From NCBI GenBank assembly GCA_951406725.2, contig OX597824.1, positions 81,158,001 to 81,222,000 on the forward strand: a DNA stretch of 64,000 nt. Direction: 5' to 3'. Made by a program: the position numbers and the translations under genes. Shown here in pieces: positions 57,573-64,000 of the stretch (positions within the stretch are counted from its first letter, which is position 1; every line of letters starts with the position of its first letter). The DNA comes from Octopus vulgaris. Its lineage: Eukaryota. The notes beneath the pieces are model-generated. The model searched no databases, was not told where the DNA came from, and saw only the letters and a list, made by a program, of their open reading frames with translations.

Positions 57573-57909
57573 GCATATATATGATTAATTCTTTACAGGA
57601 TCTAATAGCACCAAGTTATATTTATAAGTAACGTAGTTAGTGATACGAGCAGCATGATGGTCTAAAAAAATATATGCGGGCACTCACGTATATACTAATG
57701 TATATACAGACTTTTCCTATCACGACGTAAAGATGTACATCGACAGATCAAAATACTCATCGATATACGCACCCGTCTATATATAAAATCACGCACAGGT
57801 ATACTCCTTCATGCAGTCCGAGATGCACTGTAAGTCCTAGATCCTACGAAGGGAAGGTTTCGAGTTTAGCATAAATAATAACAGAAATAGGCTGAGGTTC
57901 TCTACAATG

Positions 57910-58140
57910 TGCTGGCGAGCTGGCAGAATCGTTAGTACGCCGGGCGAAATGCGTAGCCGTATTTCGTCTGCCGTACGTTCTGCGTTCAAATTCCGCCGAG
58001 GTCAACTTTGCTTTTCATCCTTCCGGGGTCGATAAATAAAGTACCGGTTACGCACTGGGGTCGATGTAATCGACTTAATCCCGTTGTCTGTCTTTGTTTG
58101 TTCCCTCTATGTTTAGCCCCTTGTGGGCAATAAAGAAATA
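57910..58140 (+). mobile_element. SINE family E monomer (further copies at ~2867, 4575, 4780, 37620, 42225, 48738, 51760, 52170, 52441)
   Basis: Match to the family E consensus seen in this window. Confidence 0.85.
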
Positions 58141-58159
58141 TATAATGTATATTTGGAAA

Positions 58160-58640
58160 GGCTGTGCGGTAAATAGCTTGCTTACCAGCCTCATGGTTCC
58201 GGGTTCAGTCCCACTGCGTGGCACCTTGGACAAGTGTCTTCTACTATAGCCTCGGGATTTAGTAGGCAGTAACTGAAAGAAGCCTATCGGATATGTGTGT
58301 GTTTGTGTATGTTTGTGTGTCTGTGTTTGTTTCCCCAACATCGCTTGACATCCGATGCTGGTGTGTTTACGTCCCCGTACATTAGCAGTTCGGTGTAAGA
58401 GACCGATAGAATAAGTACTAGGCTTACAAAGAATAAGTCCTGGGGTCGAGTTTCTCAACTAGTGGCGTGTTTACATCCCTGTGTGTTACGTCTTGGTGTG
58501 TTTACGTCCCTGTAACTTAGTAGTTCGGCAAAAGACACTGATAGAATAAGTACTAGGCTGTGTGCTACGTCTTGGTGTGTTTACGTCCCTGTAACTTAGC
58601 AGTTCGGCAAAAGACACCGATAGAATATGTACAAGGCTTG
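58160..58640 (+). mobile_element. SINE family D with tandemly reiterated 3' segment
   Basis: The ggtgtgtttacgtccc..gttcgg..gatagaata segment occurs three times. Confidence 0.8.
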
Positions 58641-58790
58641 CAAGAGAAAGCAATCGATGTAAAACGTCCAGAATTGTACAATCGGAAGGCTTACATGTTT
58701 CCTCAGGATAATACTAGACATCATGCTTCTTTGCAGATCTGGCAGAAATTGGTACAGCTTAGCTGAGATAGCCTAGGACACCCACCGTAA
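58641..58790 (+). pseudogene. mariner transposase fragment
   Basis: AIDVKRPELYNRK..MFPQDNTRHHASLQIWQKL.QL.*..LGHPP. Confidence 0.65.
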
Positions 58791-58821
58791 AAGAAAAAAA
58801 AAATACCATCTGGAATTATTC

Positions 58822-59050
58822 CGACTCATAAGGGCCGGTTTCCCGGTTTCCATAGCGTATGAATTCCCCATTTGGACGAGACACAGGTCCATCCCAGGAT
58901 TACTCAGTTTTGCCAGCTGAGTGGACTGGTGCAACGTGAAATGAAGTGTTCTGCTCAGGAACACAATGCATCTCCCGGTCCAAGAATCGACACTACAATC
59001 TTACCATCACGAGTCCAACACTCGTAACGATAAAGCCATGCGCTTCCACA
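58822..59050 (-). mobile_element. SINE family C
   Basis: Reverse-complement homolog of 60856-61100. Confidence 0.8.
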
Positions 59051-59802
59051 ACTATCGTTCGCACCTGATCGTTCATGTTCACTACTGCATGAGTTGAATC
59101 GATGATGTAGTAGTGATGCACTAGTGATCTGATGATCTGATGATCTAGCCTTATTTGCATTTATTTGTTAATATTCTATTATATTGTACAGTGTTATCAT
59201 CGTTTATGTTCACCTCTGTATGAGTAGAATTGTTGATGTAAGGATGATGCTCCAGTGATCTGATGATCTAGTGATCTGATGATCCAGCCTTGTTTGTATT
59301 CATTTGTGAATATTATATTGTACAGTGCTGAGCCTACATATTAATGTAAATACGCCAGCAGAGCATTTTCAATACTGTAACACTTGAAGAAGGTTGTGAA
59401 ACGGCTGTAACCTTTTGGAACTGACGTGGTCAAATTAACATGCATTCACCACTCATACCTTCTGAGTTTATGGCCTTATATGTGTATTTATGCACATATA
59501 TTTACACGCGCGCACACGTACATACACACACATATATACACATACATGTGTATATACACCCATACATAATACAAATGTACATATGTGTGTGTGTGTGCGT
59601 GCATGCGTGTACATATAAATATTCACACACACACATACACACACATATATATGTGTGTGTGTGAGTGTGTTGTCAGTAAGCTTACAAATGTGAGCCGAAG
59701 GAATTCCGGACAATAGACGTGAGTTAGAATAAGAACAGTAATAAACGAGTGAAGAACATATATATAGTGCGTGTATTTATTTGGAAAAATGTAATGACCA
59801 TC

Positions 59803-59854
<52 letters not shown>

Positions 59855-60512
59855 TGAGATAGAGAGAGAGAATAATGGAAGGGAGATAACGAGAAGGATG
59901 CAGGCACACAGGCGGTGACACATATATGCATGTGTGTATGTGTTTGAGTGAGTATGCGTGTGATATGTTTGTCTATCTGTGTGTGCTGAGGATCTTGTAA
60001 TCATTTTTTTTTTGTTTCCTTCTGTCATTACGGCTTCTTTTTTTTTTGGCATAGGTGAGAGATATGTCACCGTCAACGTTTTTTTTTTGGGGGGGGGAGT
60101 GGGGATATAGCTCTGGGAAGTAATCCCGAATATGGATAAAAACCAAACAAAACCACAAAATATTTCTATAACAACCGATTTTTATTTCATTAGATCTTAT
60201 CGCGAAATTTAGGACACTTTTGTCCTAGAGCGACAGAATTATGATTTAGATTAAGTAGTCCAAACCATAGCAAATATATATATATGGAACAATTTGAAAT
60301 ACAATATATTATATATCTGTTGGTTAAAAAAGAAATTATCTAGCGGATTTCATTGGAATAGTCATCACTTTTGACAGCATTTGTATGTTAGGCAAAAAGG
60401 TAATTAAAACAAGACAACGCCTTGCCAATTTCCATTTTATTTAATATTTATTTAATATATATTAGAAATTATTTGTCATCACCATCATGAGGAATTTCGA
60501 CATTAATAATTA

Positions 60513-60569
<57 letters not shown>

Positions 60570-60633
60570 GCATACATACATGTACAAATATATATATATA
60601 TATATGTGCATACATATATACATATATACATAT

Positions 60634-60688
<55 letters not shown>

Positions 60689-60855
60689 TAAAATTATGGT
60701 TTGCTTTTTTAGTACTTAGTGTACATCATTTGATTTGTTTTGAAGGTAATATTTTTTGTCATTGACTAATTGACTGATTGACAGTTATTTTTAATCTGCT
60801 GAGGCGGTTAAATTGGAGGTGGTGGTTGTTCTACATTTGTCTAAATGAAAGGCGT

Positions 60856-61100
60856 GGAGGCGCATGGCTTAGTGGTTAGGGTGTCAGCATCATGATCGTA
60901 AGATTGTGGTTTCGATTCCTGGACCGGGCGACGGGTTGTGTTCTTGAGCAAAACACTTCATTTCTCGTTGCTCCAGTCCACTCAGCTGGCAAAAATGAGT
61001 AACGCTGCGATGGACTGACGTCCCGGCCAGCTGGGGAACACATACGCCATTGAAACTGGAAAACCGGGCCCATGAGCCTGGCTAGACTTTAAAAGAGCGT
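60856..61100 (+). mobile_element. tRNA-derived SINE family C
   Basis: tggcttagtgg / gtttcgattcc boxes; second copy at 58822-59050. Confidence 0.85.
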
Positions 61101-61344
61101 ATTTATTTGTTTTTATTAAATGAAATACGGGATATTCTCCAACTGGTATGTCTGTGACCATGCGTCAGCTAAAACGTGCTTTATTTTCTACTTTCTAGAC
61201 ATCAGAATTATCGTCGCTATCATGATGAAGATCATCATAATCAACTTTATCATCATCAACTTCATCACTACCATCATCATCATCATTATCATCATCATCA
61301 TAACCATCATCATCAACATCATCATCATCATCGTCCTCATCATT

Positions 61345-61383
<39 letters not shown>

Positions 61384-61565
61384 GTCATCATTATCATCAC
61401 CGTCACCATCATTATCATCATCATCATCATCATCATCGCAACTACCAGCACTAACGTTAGCACCACCACCTGCACGACATCGTCACCATCACTACACCAG
61501 GAACATATCACTATCGCCGCCACTATCCCCACATTGCTATCTTCATTGACATCATCATTACCGTT

Positions 61566-61598
<33 letters not shown>

Positions 61599-61959
61599 GT
61601 ATTCGACGTCATGAACATCAACATCCTGCTCTATAGTTTTGGCTCTAAGTGCGTAAAACGCACAGACTTACTTCATCCTACCCTACATGCACTCACTCCA
61701 ACCCCTGCATCCCCACGCGATGGAAATGGTGATAAAATCAATAGAAAAATAATCAAAGTTAAAACCGGTAACAAAGTCACAAATTTATTTAGGAAAAAGG
61801 AATAAAAGAGGTAAAAAAATGTTGGGTACTTTTTGCAGAGTTCATTTGGACAAGGCTTTCATTATGAGAATAGCTTTGTATCACTAGCCGCGAAGTCCTA
61901 TAAAGTCTCATAGGTAGGACCTTTCCTCCTAACTAAAGAATTGAAAAATCATATTCAAT

Positions 61960-62275
61960 AGGAGCAGGTGTGGTTGTGTGGTAAATTTGCTTCCCAACCA
62001 CATGGTTCCGTGTTCAGGACTGCATCGTGGCCTCGAGGCGATGAAAGCCTGGTGAATGGATTTGGTAGACGGAAACTGAAAGAAGCTCGTCATGTGTGTG
62101 TATGCATGTGTGTATATTTGTGCGTGTCTTTGAGTCTGTATCTGTTCACTACCACCGCTTGGCAGCCGGTGTTAGTGTGTTTATGTCCATGTAGATTAGC
62201 GGTTTGACAAAAGAGATAGATCAAATAGGTACCAGGCCGCAGTAATACTGACTGAAATAAGTAAAAAATAAAAGA
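61960..62275 (+). mobile_element. Degenerate SINE family D
   Basis: ggatttggtagacggaaactgaaagaagc core. Confidence 0.7.
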
Positions 62276-64000
62276 TATAATGAAATTAAATATGAAAACA
62301 AAAAACGTTGTTGGGTTATTTTATTGATCTTTCTTTTTTTGAAACTTTTGTTGTGGAACATTTCTCTCAGTGTGTTCATAGAAAGAACTAAGAACATCTC
62401 GCCTGAGTTTAGCGTATCGGGGGCAAGTTGAAATTGGGACCTTTATTTCGTATCTTTTTTTACTCCAGCGAAATATAACACGGCACTTCACAATCATTAA
62501 AAAAAATTTCCTGATACAACATAAATTTTGTAATTACGCTTAAGTTAACTGACAGTTTATAGTTGAGGAATTTTTGTAATAATGAAAATAATATAAGCAG
62601 CAACACCACCATCACCAACGCCGTTCAAGAATTTGGACCAGGCGATCTCCATTTCCAGCGACTTCGAGGGCCACCTTCCAGTGGTGTCGGGCGTCAACGA
62701 AGAGCCCTCGACTACAAGACGACCAAAATTTTTATTCCCAAGGTCTAGGGTCTCCCGCCCCTAAGCCCTAGACCATCACCTAATCACCCTTACCCGTCTT
62801 GTTGCTTAACAACAACAACAACAACAACCATCACCACTAACAAAAATAACCATGGCAACAACGTCAGTAGCCGTAGTTATAGTAACAAAAGCAAGTGCAA
62901 TTACAAAGACCAATTGCAACAACGATTAAAGTAGTCACAACAGCCACAACAACAGTAAGAGCATGAGTGGAACAACATTAAAACAACAGGTAAATCACCC
63001 TGAATTCAGATACTGTAGATTCTAAATCTAAGCAAGGACACATCAGCTAATGCAGTCTTAGATACACTGAAAAACGGAATTAAAACTGTGTTTCAGTTGG
63101 AGCGCTTTTAATCGATAGTCTTCTTGATCAGACTGTCCTTGGATCCTTATGGTTTAAATTGAAAAAGAACGGACGTGTTGCAAAAGTTACTTCTAGGTAC
63201 ATTATGTAAAGAAACGGTCGGTAGGTCATGACCGGAAAGCGTTTAATCAGCTTGATGAAAACTGGTCCAGATAACAAAAATCAAGAATTCTAGTCGCAGA
63301 TAATCTATGTATGAGAGAAAACAGACGGGCAGGCCAATGACCGCATCGTAATGTAGTCTTCAATAATCAAAGTTGGGGCACATTTTATCACAAATGTCAT
63401 TGGTGATAGCTATTCTTGTTCTAGACAATAACAAATTCAAGAAAGTTGGATAATGCAGTCTCAAAGAAAGAGCAATCAAAAGCAAATAACGGATAAATCG
63501 GGACTTGAACGCATTTTACTAAAGATGTGCTGCTTAAGAGCCGACTTGGGTCTATAAAATAACAATTTGAAGGAAGCATTCATTGCACAATGTAAAACAT
63601 GATACACTATATCTGAAAATGATGACAAAGGAATAATGTAAAGGTTAGTTTCAATGAGTGTAACAACTTTTATCATTCGTGAGCTGGATCAAGGTTGACC
63701 TGAGGCGAGGTTTAGCAAAGACAACAGCTAAAATGAAAATGGCGGTGTCAAACGCAATAACAGCTGCTTCGGTTTTGAAAAATAGTCGCTGGCAGACGAC
63801 TTACAGATGTTTGTAGCCAAAACTTTTTTTTTTCTTTTTTGCTACATGAAATATTTAAATAACTTCAATTGAAAAACGATTTCACAAAAACAGATGAATA
63901 AACTCTTAAAAGTCTTATAACTTTTCTGTCAGATTTCTGAAAATATTAGTTGCGAACGTAGATGACTATAAATGAGAAAATGATTGCTCTAGGAATAAAA

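Noticed and set aside
59380-59415. acacttgaagaaggttgtgaaacggctgt, resembling an HHR
   Set aside because: No stem II, and a U3/G8 core without compensation
62625-62770. GC-richer island that might be an exon
   Set aside because: No recognisable protein motif or convincing splice sites; a small host exon cannot be excluded without RNA-seq

Overview
This is an AT-rich eukaryotic intergenic or intronic window saturated with microsatellites. Its repeat content points to a coleoid cephalopod, most likely Octopus (inference). I found no credible host exon; nearly all listed ORFs are translations of (TA)n, (TAA)n, (TGA)n or (TCTA)n tracts. The centrepiece is a Penelope-like retroelement (PLE; RT plus C-terminal GIY-YIG, Neptune-like linker) at 21804-26594. 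It is arranged as a tails-out fold-back with ~2.15 kb near-identical arms, and each arm carries a hammerhead-ribozyme (HHR)-like motif with a non-canonical U3-A8 core. Several unrelated short non-coding elements also carry HHR-like motifs and/or fold-back structure (4144-4567, 26702-26840, 27314-27660, 34474-34666, 35154-35466, 46740-46895). One of them joins a tRNA-type Pol III head to an HHR. The rest is tRNA-derived SINEs (five families), microsatellite-associated LINE remnants (Tx1-like in (TCTA)n, R4/Dong-like in (TAA)n), RTE and mariner fossils, a Helentron-like element and a MITE with GG termini and an 8-bp TSD. All folds and alignments were done by eye.
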